Source: Chitinophagales bacterium
Lineage (GTDB): Bacteria > Bacteroidota > Bacteroidia > Chitinophagales > UBA10324
Direction of reading: 5' to 3'
Length of the DNA: 64,000 nt
NCBI GenBank assembly: GCA_044227805.1
Contig: JBGAWA010000004.1
Span: 13,161 to 77,160 of the forward strand
The notes beneath the pieces were generated by a model. That model saw nothing but the letters and a program-made list of their open reading frames with translations. It had not been told where the DNA came from and searched no databases. Of this stretch, positions 19,041-29,683 are shown piece after piece (position 1 is the first letter of the stretch; every line of letters begins with the position of its first letter). Made by a program: the position numbers and the translations under genes.

Positions 19041-21743
19041 TCACTGCTTCACAAATTTTTGCGCCACCACCGAATCATCAAAAATAAATTTCAGGTAGTA
19101 AATTCCCGGAGCAAAATTCCTGACGTCAATGGTTCCTGTTTCATCGGATGCCCCGAAATCAGGCACTGCATAAAAAACAGATTTCCCAACCACATCATAG
19201 ATTGCCAGAAACCGGCAGTGTGCAACCGGCAACCGGTAAAACAAATTATCATGCGCCGGAATAGGAAATACTTCGATGCTTTGATTGGCGGGCACCTGGT
19301 CAATGGCCGTCATCCAGAATGAAAAAACTCCCGCAGTGTCTTTACAATTGTTATCGTCTGTTATCACTACCGTATAAACTCCGCTTGCCATTGGTGCATA
19401 CGTTTGCGAAACAGCACCGGCAATGGGCGCAAGCTGGGTGACAGCGGTTCCAAACAGCCACTGATAGTCAACATTGCTGACACTGCAATACAAAGAAACG
19501 CCATCTGAAGAAATGGCCGGATGCTCCGGATTGACGGTAACGGTGATGCTATTCGAAAGATGAGGCTGCGCACCATTGTAGCTTTCTTCCAACTGATAGG
19601 TGCCGCTCTTTGTCACAGTCAGTGTAGTAGCGGTTGCTCCTTCAATGACCGCATTATCCCGCTTCCATTGATAAGAATGACAGGGATAGCTGGTATTTCC
19701 TGATAAGGTAACCTGCCCACCATTACAGAAGTCAGTAGCGCCTGATGCGCTCACCACCGGCGACTGTGTGATGGCACTCACCCTGGCCCAAACGGAATAA
19801 CTCCTGGCAGGCAAGTCGATATACATTTGACTACTGCCATTCACAATAGCAAAAGGATAGGATGATCGTCCCAGTATATCGATCAATGTATCGCCGGTAT
19901 GCAGGTGATAAGGATTGGATGTATTTAATCCGACATCCACTTTCAAAGGAGAACCCGAAAAATTTATCGCCACCACGACATCCCTTTCAGGCAAACACGT
20001 ATTGCTCATATTGGCTAACTGGTAAATCAACGTGGTGGACGCGCCACCGCTGATGTAGTTGACGGAATACGGAGTATTAAAACGTGTGAGGTAGTCCACA
20101 TCCTGCGCACCTTGAATAAACTTCAGGTTTGTACTGATCAGCTTATTGATGTCGCTGGTGTAGGTTGGATGATCCGCATCATAATAATCGGCCCAGTAAA
20201 CACAGGGAATACCTGCCGCAGGGTTGGTGATTATATAGGCATATGCGAGTAACGGATCCGTGTCCGTTGATTGTGGCTCTTCCCTGAAATCATGATTATT
20301 GACAAACGTGACAATATTTTTGCGGTAGATCTGCTGACTGCCGTGCATGCCGCTGCTGAATACATTTCTTACATCATATCCAAAGGCATCGCAGGCATCG
20401 CGAAGGCTGGATTGCAGGTTAAAATCAAACAAGCTGTAGTACATCGCTTCCTTGGTATCCTGATCCATATAACTGTACACGGCATCCAGTCTCGCTTTTA
20501 ACGTAGCTGCATCGTAGTCATAGCTTTCCCCGACAATGATAGCAGGGTCATCGCCCTCATCGTGGAGGTAGTCGAGGAGGTTACCGGTAAACTCCGGTGT
20601 GAAATTTTTAACCGCATCAATGCGCAATCCTTTTACACCCACGTCTTCCATCATCCACTTGGTCCAGACCTGCAAGGTGTCTATTGTTGCGGGATAGTAT
20701 TGATCAAGGTCATTATAAAATAACATGGCATCCCAATCGCCGCAAAGACAGGTGGCAGCGCCATTGGGTTTAAAGTTCAGATAATTCATATCGCCCCGCT
20801 GACTGGGTGTAGCCGTAAAATTGGTGTAGGTCTGATACCTCACCTGGCTTTGTACGTCGGAGCCGGAACCCGTTGCAGCCGGCACATGCCAGATGCCGTA
20901 CACAAACTGATCGGCATAATTGCCGTCATCATTTGTAACAGAGATATACAAGGTATCACCGGTATGAAAATAATCGCCGCCGCCCAGTGTGAGCTCAAAT
21001 TCATCCGTGCCACAGCCGCCCGGATCAACGGTTGCTTTCATGTTTCTTCCCAAGGTGATATTATCATTGAGCTGTGCGCAATCACCGCCGCCATTATTGG
21101 AGGTCTCTGCCAGGTCGGGAAGATTGGCCCAGCCTTTCTTCTTGGTATAGAGATAAAAAGTATAGGGCTTGCCAAAGTAATCAGGGCTGCCTGATGCCGA
21201 ATGCACCTTCAGGTAATAGATGCCGGAATCAAGTCCGGAAGCTCCGCCAATTGGCAGAATGCATTTGAACCGGTCGGAAGGATAGCAGTTATCGCCGTTA
21301 TTATGCTTGCTGAGATTATAATTTTCAATCCAGCCTTCCACGGCATCGTTGTTTTGCAACTTACCATTGGCGCGGTGATTATACACCATATCGGCAACAG
21401 GTGTCAATCCATACAGCGCAAGGGAATCCATCATCTTATCTACTCTTACGCGATTGCCGAATGCCGTATTTGCGCCATAGGTGCCTCCCAGGTTGAAATA
21501 GTCATAAATATCATAGCCATTGCTGTAGGCACCGTTGCCGGCAAGGCTCATGGGAGGCAACCAAATGGAATTGTAACCTATCGCGGAGAGTTTTTTGGCA
21601 CGCTGCGCAATGGTATCAACCCACCATTTTCCCTGACCTGTTTTGGGATAATCCCAATACCATCCTTGCAGCATGATATCCTGGGCAGATAGCTGTGCCA
21701 CCCAAACCGTGCAGATGAAGGCGATAAGAATTTTTTTTGACAT
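19041..21743 (-). CDS. GH13 alpha-amylase with Ig-like repeats and a T9SS C-terminal domain
   Basis: Signal peptide from the ATG at 21743 (MSKKILIAFICTVWVAQLSAQ). GH13 regions: DMVYNHRA, GLRIDAVKNF, VGESYD, FVNNHD. The C-terminus is a CTD (VFPIPAHDNLFYRL...GIYYLKFIFDDSVVAQKFVKQ). Confidence 0.85.
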   Translation of the reverse strand: MSKKILIAFICTVWVAQLSAQDIMLQGWYWDYPKTGQGKWWVDTIAQRAKKLSAIGYNSIWLPPMSLAGNGAYSNGYDIYDYFNLGGTYGANTAFGNRVRVDKMMDSLALYGLTPVADMVYNHRANGKLQNNDAVEGWIENYNLSKHNNGDNCYPSDRFKCILPIGGASGLDSGIYYLKVHSASGSPDYFGKPYTFYLYTKKKGWANLPDLAETSNNGGGDCAQLNDNITLGRNMKATVDPGGCGTDEFELTLGGGDYFHTGDTLYISVTNDDGNYADQFVYGIWHVPAATGSGSDVQSQVRYQTYTNFTATPSQRGDMNYLNFKPNGAATCLCGDWDAMLFYNDLDQYYPATIDTLQVWTKWMMEDVGVKGLRIDAVKNFTPEFTGNLLDYLHDEGDDPAIIVGESYDYDAATLKARLDAVYSYMDQDTKEAMYYSLFDFNLQSSLRDACDAFGYDVRNVFSSGMHGSQQIYRKNIVTFVNNHDFREEPQSTDTDPLLAYAYIITNPAAGIPCVYWADYYDADHPTYTSDINKLISTNLKFIQGAQDVDYLTRFNTPYSVNYISGGASTTLIYQLANMSNTCLPERDVVVAINFSGSPLKVDVGLNTSNPYHLHTGDTLIDILGRSSYPFAIVNGSSQMYIDLPARSYSVWARVSAITQSPVVSASGATDFCNGGQVTLSGNTSYPCHSYQWKRDNAVIEGATATTLTVTKSGTYQLEESYNGAQPHLSNSITVTVNPEHPAISSDGVSLYCSVSNVDYQWLFGTAVTQLAPIAGAVSQTYAPMASGVYTVVITDDNNCKDTAGVFSFWMTAIDQVPANQSIEVFPIPAHDNLFYRLPVAHCRFLAIYDVVGKSVFYAVPDFGASDETGTIDVRNFAPGIYYLKFIFDDSVVAQKFVKQ

Positions 21744-21940
21744 GCGTTGAAAAAATAAATTTAGTATGGCTTGAATGGTTGACACTGTTCTTCAAGATGT
21801 ATTGGTCTTCGTGATCCTCAATCTCAATGATTATTTAACCGTAAGATTTGGATTAACCGGTTTTCTTTCCACATGAAAAAAATCCGCCGGCCGAGCAGTT
21901 GACATTTTGCGAATGCCAACGCCGGTTGGTAGCAGTTCTG

Positions 21941-24367
21941 TTACCACGACAATGTTATTTTTTCATTCGAATTGCTGAGCAGCACCACCGGCAATTGCTT
22001 TTCCGGCTGATTGAATTCAGCTGTCAGCGATGCATCACGACGGCTGATGGCAACAGCGTTTCCGTTTATCCGTACTTCTTTATCCATGCTATCAAATCCA
22101 TGCAATACCAAAAGCACCTGTTTAAAGTGCGAGGAATAATTTCCTTCCGGTTTGTTCAGCACAATCTGCTTTGCGTCGGGATCAATCGTAAATGTGCGCC
22201 TGTAGTAGCCACCGGATTGATCCGCATAACCGTCACCTGCATCCTCATAGTAATTATATTGGTTGAAGACGGCACTTTGGTAAACATGCAAAATCAGTGT
22301 ATCTGTTGGCTGCTGCGCAGTGGATTGAACGAGTGACTGCACAGGGATGAAACTTCCCTCCTTCACAAATACAGGCAGTTTATCGAGCGGCGCACTGCTG
22401 ATAAACTCGGTAGCACCGGCATATTTTGTTCCCGTGTACAAGTCGTACCAGTTCCCGGAAGGCAAATAAACCGGTGTAGCCCGAACGGTGCTTTTGCAGG
22501 GCGCTACCAGCAGGGCAGGGCCGCATAGAAATTCATTTTCAAAATCGTTATAATAGATCTTTTCATCAAGCGGATAGTCAATGGCCAGTGTTCGCTGAAC
22601 AGGCATGCCACTCATGGATGCATCATAAAAAGCAGTATATAGATAAGGCATCAGCCGGTAGCGCAGATTCACATATTTTCTCACAGTGGTTTCGATATCT
22701 TCCCCATAACTCCATGGCTCAGCATCACGCAATCCGAACATCTTATGGCTGCGGTAGAATGGGCTGAAGGCGGCCACGGACATCCAGCGTGCAAACAATT
22801 CCGGTGTTGCTTCCGAGGTAAATCCGCTTACATCAGCGCCGGCAAATGCAATACCGCTGACACCCAGTGAGTTCACCATACGCACTGCCAGCAACATATG
22901 ATCATCACTGCCCACATTGTCGCCGGTCCATATAGCAGAATAACGCTGCAAGCCGGCAAAACCGGCACGTGTGAGCACAAATGGACGTTTGCCGTTTAAA
23001 AGACTTTTTGTTCCATCAAAAGTGGCGCGTGTCATTTCCAGTGCATAAATATTGTGCGCCATCTTATGTGTGATGGCATGGCCATCCCCTTCAAATTGTA
23101 TATTGTCAGGCACTTTCTGGCCCCAGGTTGCAAATTCATTCATGTCGCACCAGAAACCATCAATGCCCTGTTCGATATTCTGCTGAAACAACTTTCCCCA
23201 CCATATCCTGGCGGAAGGGCTTGTGTAATCCGTAAAAGCGCACCATCCTGGCCAAACCTGACCGTGATAAACTGTACCATCAGGATATTTCACGAAGTGA
23301 TTATTTTTTAAGCCGTCTTCATAGGCTGCATAACCATTCTCCACTTTAATCCCGGGATCAATAATCACCACATTTTTGAAGCCCAGCTGATCCATCTTTG
23401 CAAGCATGCCTTTGGGATCGGGAAAACGATTGTTATCCCATGTAAACACTTTGTACTGATCCATATAATGAATATCAAACCAGATCACGTCACAAGGGAT
23501 CTTTTTATCCCGAAAAGTTTGCGCCAGCGTCAGCACCTCACTCTGCGGAAAGTAACTCCATCGGCATTGCTGAAAGCCCAACGACCATTTGGGTGGCAGC
23601 GGCATTCTGCCGGTGAGCCAGGTATAGGATTCAATGATCTTTGGAATGTTGTGGTGATAGATCAGGAAATAATTCAGGTCGCCTTCTTCACAGGTAAAAT
23701 AAGCATTGCGTTCCTGCGAGGCGCCAAAATTAAAATGTGTTTTAGAAGAGTTATCCAGGAAGATTCCATAATACAACGAGTCATGCATACCGATATAAAA
23801 AGGAATGGTGGAGTATAAAGGATCAGCATTGAGAATATATCCGGGCACATCAGCATTCCAATGTACATAACCGTTTCCCCGTCTGTTCAGCCCGCCGGTT
23901 TTTTCACCGAGTCCGATGAATTTTTCATTGGGAAATAATTTTTTGTAGGCAGTGATCTCTTCTCCAATCCAGGAAGTACCAAACGCATTATCATCACTAT
24001 TAATCAGTTGCCCTTTTTTATTATACAGCGCGATGCGGACAGGCTGCCTGGTGATGGTCAGTACGATCGAATCGGTTGTCAATTTTATTTGCGTCTTCTC
24101 TTCACTTACCGAAAACTTTGCAGCGGCATCACGTTGAGCGCTGACGGCGTAAGAGAAATCGTTGAATGCACTGTTTTTCGTCACATCAATCTTAATGATA
24201 CAGGCCGTATAGACTGTAACTTTCATGTTGCCGTAGTCAGTTTGCAGCGTAATGCCATTGCTCATCCGTTTCATCGATTTCAAATTGCCAATGCTGTGGC
24301 TGAGTGATTGAGCCGGCAATTGGAAAAATAGCGGTAGCAGCAGGAGAAGCAAGGTGATTTTTTTCAT
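21941..24367 (-). CDS. GH31 alpha-glucosidase (SusB-like)
   Basis: Signal peptide from the ATG at 24367. The GH31 catalytic region GFWCDMNEF is present, along with the conserved WTGDN motif. Confidence 0.85.
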   Translation of the reverse strand: MKKITLLLLLLPLFFQLPAQSLSHSIGNLKSMKRMSNGITLQTDYGNMKVTVYTACIIKIDVTKNSAFNDFSYAVSAQRDAAAKFSVSEEKTQIKLTTDSIVLTITRQPVRIALYNKKGQLINSDDNAFGTSWIGEEITAYKKLFPNEKFIGLGEKTGGLNRRGNGYVHWNADVPGYILNADPLYSTIPFYIGMHDSLYYGIFLDNSSKTHFNFGASQERNAYFTCEEGDLNYFLIYHHNIPKIIESYTWLTGRMPLPPKWSLGFQQCRWSYFPQSEVLTLAQTFRDKKIPCDVIWFDIHYMDQYKVFTWDNNRFPDPKGMLAKMDQLGFKNVVIIDPGIKVENGYAAYEDGLKNNHFVKYPDGTVYHGQVWPGWCAFTDYTSPSARIWWGKLFQQNIEQGIDGFWCDMNEFATWGQKVPDNIQFEGDGHAITHKMAHNIYALEMTRATFDGTKSLLNGKRPFVLTRAGFAGLQRYSAIWTGDNVGSDDHMLLAVRMVNSLGVSGIAFAGADVSGFTSEATPELFARWMSVAAFSPFYRSHKMFGLRDAEPWSYGEDIETTVRKYVNLRYRLMPYLYTAFYDASMSGMPVQRTLAIDYPLDEKIYYNDFENEFLCGPALLVAPCKSTVRATPVYLPSGNWYDLYTGTKYAGATEFISSAPLDKLPVFVKEGSFIPVQSLVQSTAQQPTDTLILHVYQSAVFNQYNYYEDAGDGYADQSGGYYRRTFTIDPDAKQIVLNKPEGNYSSHFKQVLLVLHGFDSMDKEVRINGNAVAISRRDASLTAEFNQPEKQLPVVLLSNSNEKITLSW

Positions 24368-24784
24368 AGACGATGAAGGACTTGAAGTGCAACGGTGCAA
24401 TCTGGCAAACCTACCTAATTGCAGATAATTTATCCCGGATTTTTTCAATAAAAAACTCACCCCTTCAACTTGAAGCTGCAGAGGGTTTGCCTCTTGTATT
24501 CAAATAAAACAAAATAGTTTGCAAACCCTGATCAGTAATAGGGTTCCGTTAAGCACGTCAGTGTACGGATCTCCAAATTGTGTATGAATCATGCAACCTA
24601 AACTTTTTCAACCCTATCTTCTATATCAATCCTGTTATGCCGCTGCTGAATTTTATATTAGAAAAAATCCTTTAGCACACCGCTTCTGCCGCCTGTGGTT
24701 TGGGGATTTTTTTTGCAATCAGCCGCAAACACCCGTTTCATTAAATGATTATTATTGTACCGTCAAAAAAAATCCAACCCGCTC

Positions 24785-27700
24785 ATGAAAAAAAAATTTA
24801 CAAGCATTCCTCTGCTGATTGCCCTTTTGGTAAGTCTATGCCCGCTCGGCGTACTTGCACAAAATGGTTCTGTGAAAGGAAAGGTGATTGATGAGAAATC
24901 AGAGCCTGTTTCTTATGCTACCGTACAATTGAAGGGCACTGCCTATGGCGCCAACACCGATGATGACGGAACATATGAGATTTCCAATGTCCCGATCGGA
25001 TCTTATACCCTCGAGATCAGTTATGTCGGATACGCCACCTTCACCCAGGCTGTGCAGGTAACCGCCGGCAGCACGGTATTGAATATTCAACTTAAAACAG
25101 ATTACCTCTCGTTAAATGAGGTAGTGGTGGTCGGTTACGGTACCAAGCAGGTGAAAGACCTGACAGGCTCGGTAACTTCCGTTTCTTCCAAGGATTTTGA
25201 CAAAGGCGCCGTCGCTTCACCTGAACAACTGATTACCGGTAAAGTAGCCGGTATCCAGATTACCTCAAGTGGTGGCGCACCAGGCGCAAGCAGTACTATT
25301 AAGGTAAGAGGCGGATCTTCCCTGAATGCCAGCAACGACCCGTTGATCGTGATTGACGGTGTGCCTGTTGACAACAACGGAGTGTCCGGTTCAGCGAATG
25401 CATTGAACCTGATTAACCCAAATGATATTGAAAATATCACGGTATTGAAAGATGCTTCCGCAGCTGCCATTTATGGATCAAGAGCCGCCAACGGTGTGAT
25501 AATCATTACCACCAAAAAGGGATCAGGCAATGCGAAACTCGGCGTGGAATATAATTCTACCACTTCCTTATCGGCCATCTCTGACTATGTAAATTCAGAA
25601 ACGGCTGACGGATTACGTGCGCTTATTGATAGTTCCGGAAACTCCAAACAAAAAGCATTGGTAGGAACCAGCACTACAGATTGGCAAAAGGAGATCTATC
25701 GCGCACCGGTGAGCATGGACAATAACCTGTCATTTTATGGCGGCATCAAGAATCTTCCTTATCGTTTTACCATCGGTTACCTGAACAGCCAGGGTATATT
25801 AAAGCGGTCTGAGCTGGAAAGAACCAGCCTCGGCCTTAATATGAGCCCATCATTTTTGGATGACTACCTGAAGGTTGAGTTAAATGCCAAGTTTGCTTAC
25901 ACCTACAACTTTTTCGCTAACCAGGACGCTATCGGTTCAGCCGTTCAGTTCGATCCCACCCAAAGCATCTATTCAGGTAACGATAACTACGGTGGTTATT
26001 TCGAATGGCTCGATGCAGCAGGTAAACCCAATACACTGGCGCCAAAGAATCCGCTCGGCTTGATCTATCAAAAAGATGACAAGAGCAATGTTTACCGTTT
26101 CCTAGGCAATGCTCGGTTTGAATATAAGATGCATTTCCTGCCAGAATTGAAAGCAGTGCTTAATCTCGGTACCGATATCTCCCGCAGTAACGGAACAGTA
26201 TTTATTCCTTACGAAGCAGCTTCCAACTTTACCCGCAAAGGTGTCAACACCCAATACGATCAGAAAAAGGATAATAAGTTGCTTGAATTCTACCTCAACT
26301 ATAACAAAGACCTTGATGGCATACACAGCAAAATAGATGTAACCGGAGGTTACTCTTACCAGGATTGGCTGCGGGCCAGCCCTATCACTCCTTTTGTTGA
26401 TTCTGCGGGCAATGAATATGGCTACCCGGATGTGAATGCATTAGGTGACACGATTGCTATTGGAGGCGTTCCGTTCAAAACCCAAAACACGCTGATCTCT
26501 TTCTATGGCAGGTTGAATTATACCTTCATGGATCGCTACCTACTGACAGCTACACTCCGTGATGACGGCTCGTCGCGCTTTGGTCCTGATAACCGCTGGG
26601 GATTGTTTCCATCCCTAGCTTTGGCCTGGCGCATCAGTGATGAGTCGTTCCTGAAAACCGTGGAAGCCATCTCTAACCTGAAATTAAGGTTGGGTTATGG
26701 TGTTACCGGTCAGCAGGATCTGCCGCCTACCCTTTCAGACTATCCTTATATCGCGAATTACCAGCCAGGTGAAAGTACCGCCCAGTATCAGTTTGGCAAT
26801 GAGTTTTATACTGTGCTGCGGCCGGATGGATATGATGCCAATATTAAATGGGAAGAAACAGCGACTTACAACATCGGCCTTGACTTTGGTTTTGCCAATG
26901 GAAGAATCAGCGGTACAATTGACTTCTATAAAAAGCTCACCACTGACCTGTTAGCCATCATTCCTGTACCTGCCGGTACTAACTTCACTAATAACATTCT
27001 CACCAATGTAGGAAGCCTGGAAAATCAGGGCGTGGAAGTTACCTTGAATCTGGTGCTGGTGGATAATGCCAACTTTACCTGGGAACTGGGAGGAAACGTA
27101 ACCTATAACCACAATGAAATTACCAAACTTACCAAGGTCCAGGATCCTGATGATGTTGGAATTTTGGTTGGTAATATCTCCGGTGGCGTTGGAAATACTA
27201 TACAGGTACATACCGTTGGCTACCCAACCAATTCCTTCTATGTTTACCAGCAGCTTTACGATTCTGTGGAGACCGACAAGCCGCTGGAAGGTCAGTATGC
27301 AGATTTGAATGGCGATGGCAAGATCACACCTGATGACCGCTATCGTTATGAGAAGCCTGCACCGGATGTGTTTGCAGGATTGTATTCCAATTTCACCTGG
27401 AAAAACTGGTTTGCTGGTTTTGCTATGCGGGGCAGCTTTGGTAATTACATGTACAACAACGTGAGTTCACAATACGCGAATTTCCAGAATATTGACGGAT
27501 CGAAGAATTACCTCAGCAATCTAACCACTGACTATTACAATACGGAATTCGTTAAACCACAATATCTCTCTGATTACTATGTAACTGATGCATCCTTTAT
27601 CCGCATGGACAACATCAATATCGGCTACAATTTCAGAGATATTATCAATGGCAAGACGTCACTTAAAGTCTCGGCAATCGTTCAGAATGTTTTTGTAATT

Positions 27701-27802
27701 TCGGATTATCCGGGTCTTGATCCTGAAATTTCGGGTGGTATAGACAATAACATCTATCCGCGTCCCAGGATTTTCTCTATTAACTTAAGCCTTAACCTTT
27801 AA
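24785..27802 (+). CDS. SusC/RagA-family TonB-dependent outer-membrane transporter
   Basis: Signal peptide, then an N-terminal carboxypeptidase-regulatory-like domain (GKVIDEKSEPVSYATVQLKGT...). Plug motifs are present (DPLIVIDGVP, ITVLKDASAAAIYGSRAANGVIIITTKKG). The protein ends with the C-terminal residues SINLSLNL. Confidence 0.9.
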   Translation: MKKKFTSIPLLIALLVSLCPLGVLAQNGSVKGKVIDEKSEPVSYATVQLKGTAYGANTDDDGTYEISNVPIGSYTLEISYVGYATFTQAVQVTAGSTVLNIQLKTDYLSLNEVVVVGYGTKQVKDLTGSVTSVSSKDFDKGAVASPEQLITGKVAGIQITSSGGAPGASSTIKVRGGSSLNASNDPLIVIDGVPVDNNGVSGSANALNLINPNDIENITVLKDASAAAIYGSRAANGVIIITTKKGSGNAKLGVEYNSTTSLSAISDYVNSETADGLRALIDSSGNSKQKALVGTSTTDWQKEIYRAPVSMDNNLSFYGGIKNLPYRFTIGYLNSQGILKRSELERTSLGLNMSPSFLDDYLKVELNAKFAYTYNFFANQDAIGSAVQFDPTQSIYSGNDNYGGYFEWLDAAGKPNTLAPKNPLGLIYQKDDKSNVYRFLGNARFEYKMHFLPELKAVLNLGTDISRSNGTVFIPYEAASNFTRKGVNTQYDQKKDNKLLEFYLNYNKDLDGIHSKIDVTGGYSYQDWLRASPITPFVDSAGNEYGYPDVNALGDTIAIGGVPFKTQNTLISFYGRLNYTFMDRYLLTATLRDDGSSRFGPDNRWGLFPSLALAWRISDESFLKTVEAISNLKLRLGYGVTGQQDLPPTLSDYPYIANYQPGESTAQYQFGNEFYTVLRPDGYDANIKWEETATYNIGLDFGFANGRISGTIDFYKKLTTDLLAIIPVPAGTNFTNNILTNVGSLENQGVEVTLNLVLVDNANFTWELGGNVTYNHNEITKLTKVQDPDDVGILVGNISGGVGNTIQVHTVGYPTNSFYVYQQLYDSVETDKPLEGQYADLNGDGKITPDDRYRYEKPAPDVFAGLYSNFTWKNWFAGFAMRGSFGNYMYNNVSSQYANFQNIDGSKNYLSNLTTDYYNTEFVKPQYLSDYYVTDASFIRMDNINIGYNFRDIINGKTSLKVSAIVQNVFVISDYPGLDPEISGGIDNNIYPRPRIFSINLSLNL

Positions 27803-27813
27803 AAACTGAAGTG

Positions 27814-29412
27814 ATGAAAACAACAATAGCTAAATCAACCGTCATTGTTTCCATAATAGTGCTTTCACTTACTTCATGTCTGAAAGACCTTGATCGCACA
27901 CCATTTTATGGATTGAACACCGAGTCAGTGTATGCTGACCCCGACAATTATATTAACGTGCTGGCAAAACTGTATGCCGGTTTCAGTACCACAGGTAATA
28001 AAGGGCCCGATGGGAAACCTGATATCAGTGGTATTGACGAAGGCTTTTCCAATTACGTTCGTGTTTACTGGAACTTGCAGGAATTGCCCACCGATGAAGC
28101 AGTATGCGGCTGGAGCGATCCGGGCATCCCGGAATTACATGAGATGTCATGGTCATCGGACAATGCATGGGTAAAAGGCATGTACTACCGTTTCTATTTC
28201 CAGATTCCGTTGTGCAATGAGTTCATCCGTGAATCATCAGACGACAAATTAAGCGAGCATGGATTCTCAGCAGACGACGTCAATAAAATCAAGGCTTACC
28301 GCTATGAAGCACGGTTTCTAAGGGCGCTAACCTACTATCATGCAATGGATATGTTTGGTAATGTTCCGTTTGTGACGGAAGACGATGCCTCAGGATCATT
28401 TTTCCCTGAACAGATCTCCCGCGGCGATCTGTTTCTTTACATTGAAAAGGAACTTAAGGAGATTGAAGACCTTATGCTTGATCCGGATCAGGCCGAATAT
28501 GCAAGGGCCAGTAAAGCCGCTGCATGGACCTTACTTGCAAAAATGTATCTTAATGCGGAAGTATATACCGGAACACCAAGATACAATGACTGTATCACCT
28601 ATTGCAATAAAGTAATTAATGCAGGTTATACGCTTCAACCAAAATATACCGAGTTGTTCCTGGCTGATAACAACCTGTCGAATGAAGTCATCTTCCCAAT
28701 CACCAGTGATGGAAACTTTACGAAATCCTGGGGTGCTACAACCTTTTTGGTACATGCACCGGTAGGTGGTAAAATGAAACCACTTGAGTTCGGAATTTCC
28801 GGAGGATGGGGAGGTTATCGCGCCACCTCTGCATTTGTAAATCAGTTTCCCGATACATTGGATGGCCGCAACCTGTTCTTTACCGACGGACAGAACCTGA
28901 GTGTGAATGATACGGTGAATGGCGTAATTAAACTGTCTACCACATTTACCGATGGTTATGCAGTAGCAAAATGGAGGAATGTAACTTCTGCCGGAGTGAT
29001 TGGTTCCGATCCGAACGGCACTTTTGTAGATACTGATTACCCGATGTTCCGCCTCGCCGATGTGTACCTGATGTATGCGGAAGCGGTAGTACGCGGCGGC
29101 GCCGGCGATCAGGCCACTGCGCTGAACCTCATCAATCAGCTGCGTGAGAGAGCATATGGTAACAGTGAGCACAATGTCACTTCCCTTGACCTTAATTTTA
29201 TTTTTGCTGAACGTTCAAGAGAAATGTATTGGGAAGGCACACGCCGCACAGATCTTATCCGCTTCAAGAAATTCAGCGGTGGAGATTACCTGTGGCCATG
29301 GAAAGGAAATTCGGAATATGGTACTTCTGTACCGTCTTACCTTGATCTGTACCCGATTCCGGCGGCTGATATCGTCGCCAATACGAATCTAAAACAGAAT
29401 GATGGGTATTGA
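27814..29412 (+). CDS. SusD/RagB-family nutrient-binding outer-membrane lipoprotein
   Basis: Starts 9 nt after susC-like. Has a lipobox (LSLTSC). SusD-like features include the C-terminal RRTDLIRF and the ending YPIPAADIVANTNLKQNDGY. Confidence 0.9.
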   Translation: MKTTIAKSTVIVSIIVLSLTSCLKDLDRTPFYGLNTESVYADPDNYINVLAKLYAGFSTTGNKGPDGKPDISGIDEGFSNYVRVYWNLQELPTDEAVCGWSDPGIPELHEMSWSSDNAWVKGMYYRFYFQIPLCNEFIRESSDDKLSEHGFSADDVNKIKAYRYEARFLRALTYYHAMDMFGNVPFVTEDDASGSFFPEQISRGDLFLYIEKELKEIEDLMLDPDQAEYARASKAAAWTLLAKMYLNAEVYTGTPRYNDCITYCNKVINAGYTLQPKYTELFLADNNLSNEVIFPITSDGNFTKSWGATTFLVHAPVGGKMKPLEFGISGGWGGYRATSAFVNQFPDTLDGRNLFFTDGQNLSVNDTVNGVIKLSTTFTDGYAVAKWRNVTSAGVIGSDPNGTFVDTDYPMFRLADVYLMYAEAVVRGGAGDQATALNLINQLRERAYGNSEHNVTSLDLNFIFAERSREMYWEGTRRTDLIRFKKFSGGDYLWPWKGNSEYGTSVPSYLDLYPIPAADIVANTNLKQNDGY

Positions 29413-29433
29413 GATTTTTAACATGTAACATGC

Positions 29434-29465
29434 AGAGCCGGCACTAACTGCCGGCTCTTTTTTTT
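29434..29465 (+). terminator. rho-independent terminator
   Basis: AGAGCCGGC-ACTAACT-GCCGGCTCT perfect 9-bp stem followed by a T-run. Confidence 0.8.
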
Positions 29466-29528
29466 ATAGCTTGCAGTAAATAGTTTACCCATATTCGTGT
29501 TTTGCAGATGACAACTATCAACGCGCCT

Positions 29529-29594
29529 TTAGCCCGGCTTTTTCAATGGAAAAATCCGCTTCGATGCGACGCAGCACTGCAAAATGCGGGTTTA
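29529..29594 (+). repeat. short (66 nt) internally deleted copy G of the intergenic repeat
   Basis: The 5' module (TTAGCCCGGCTTTTTCAATGGAAAAATCCGCTTCGATGCGACGCAGCACTGC) is joined directly to the 3' module (AAAATGCGGGTTTAC). Confidence 0.7.
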
Positions 29595-29683
29595 CTATTG
29601 AACCTAATGAACTGTTTAATTGATTTGAACTTCCTGCACTTCAGGAGAGGCTGTAACTTTTCTTTCCCGAAAATAAAACGTCT

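Noticed and set aside
28531-29172. 213-aa antisense ORF inside the susD-like gene. Similar cases are 40668-41114 inside GH13, 45876-46343 opposite gyrB and 47289-47732 opposite gyrB.
   Set aside because: Each is fully overlapped by a strongly supported gene on the other strand. The translations are Cys/Ile/Phe-rich with no recognisable motifs.
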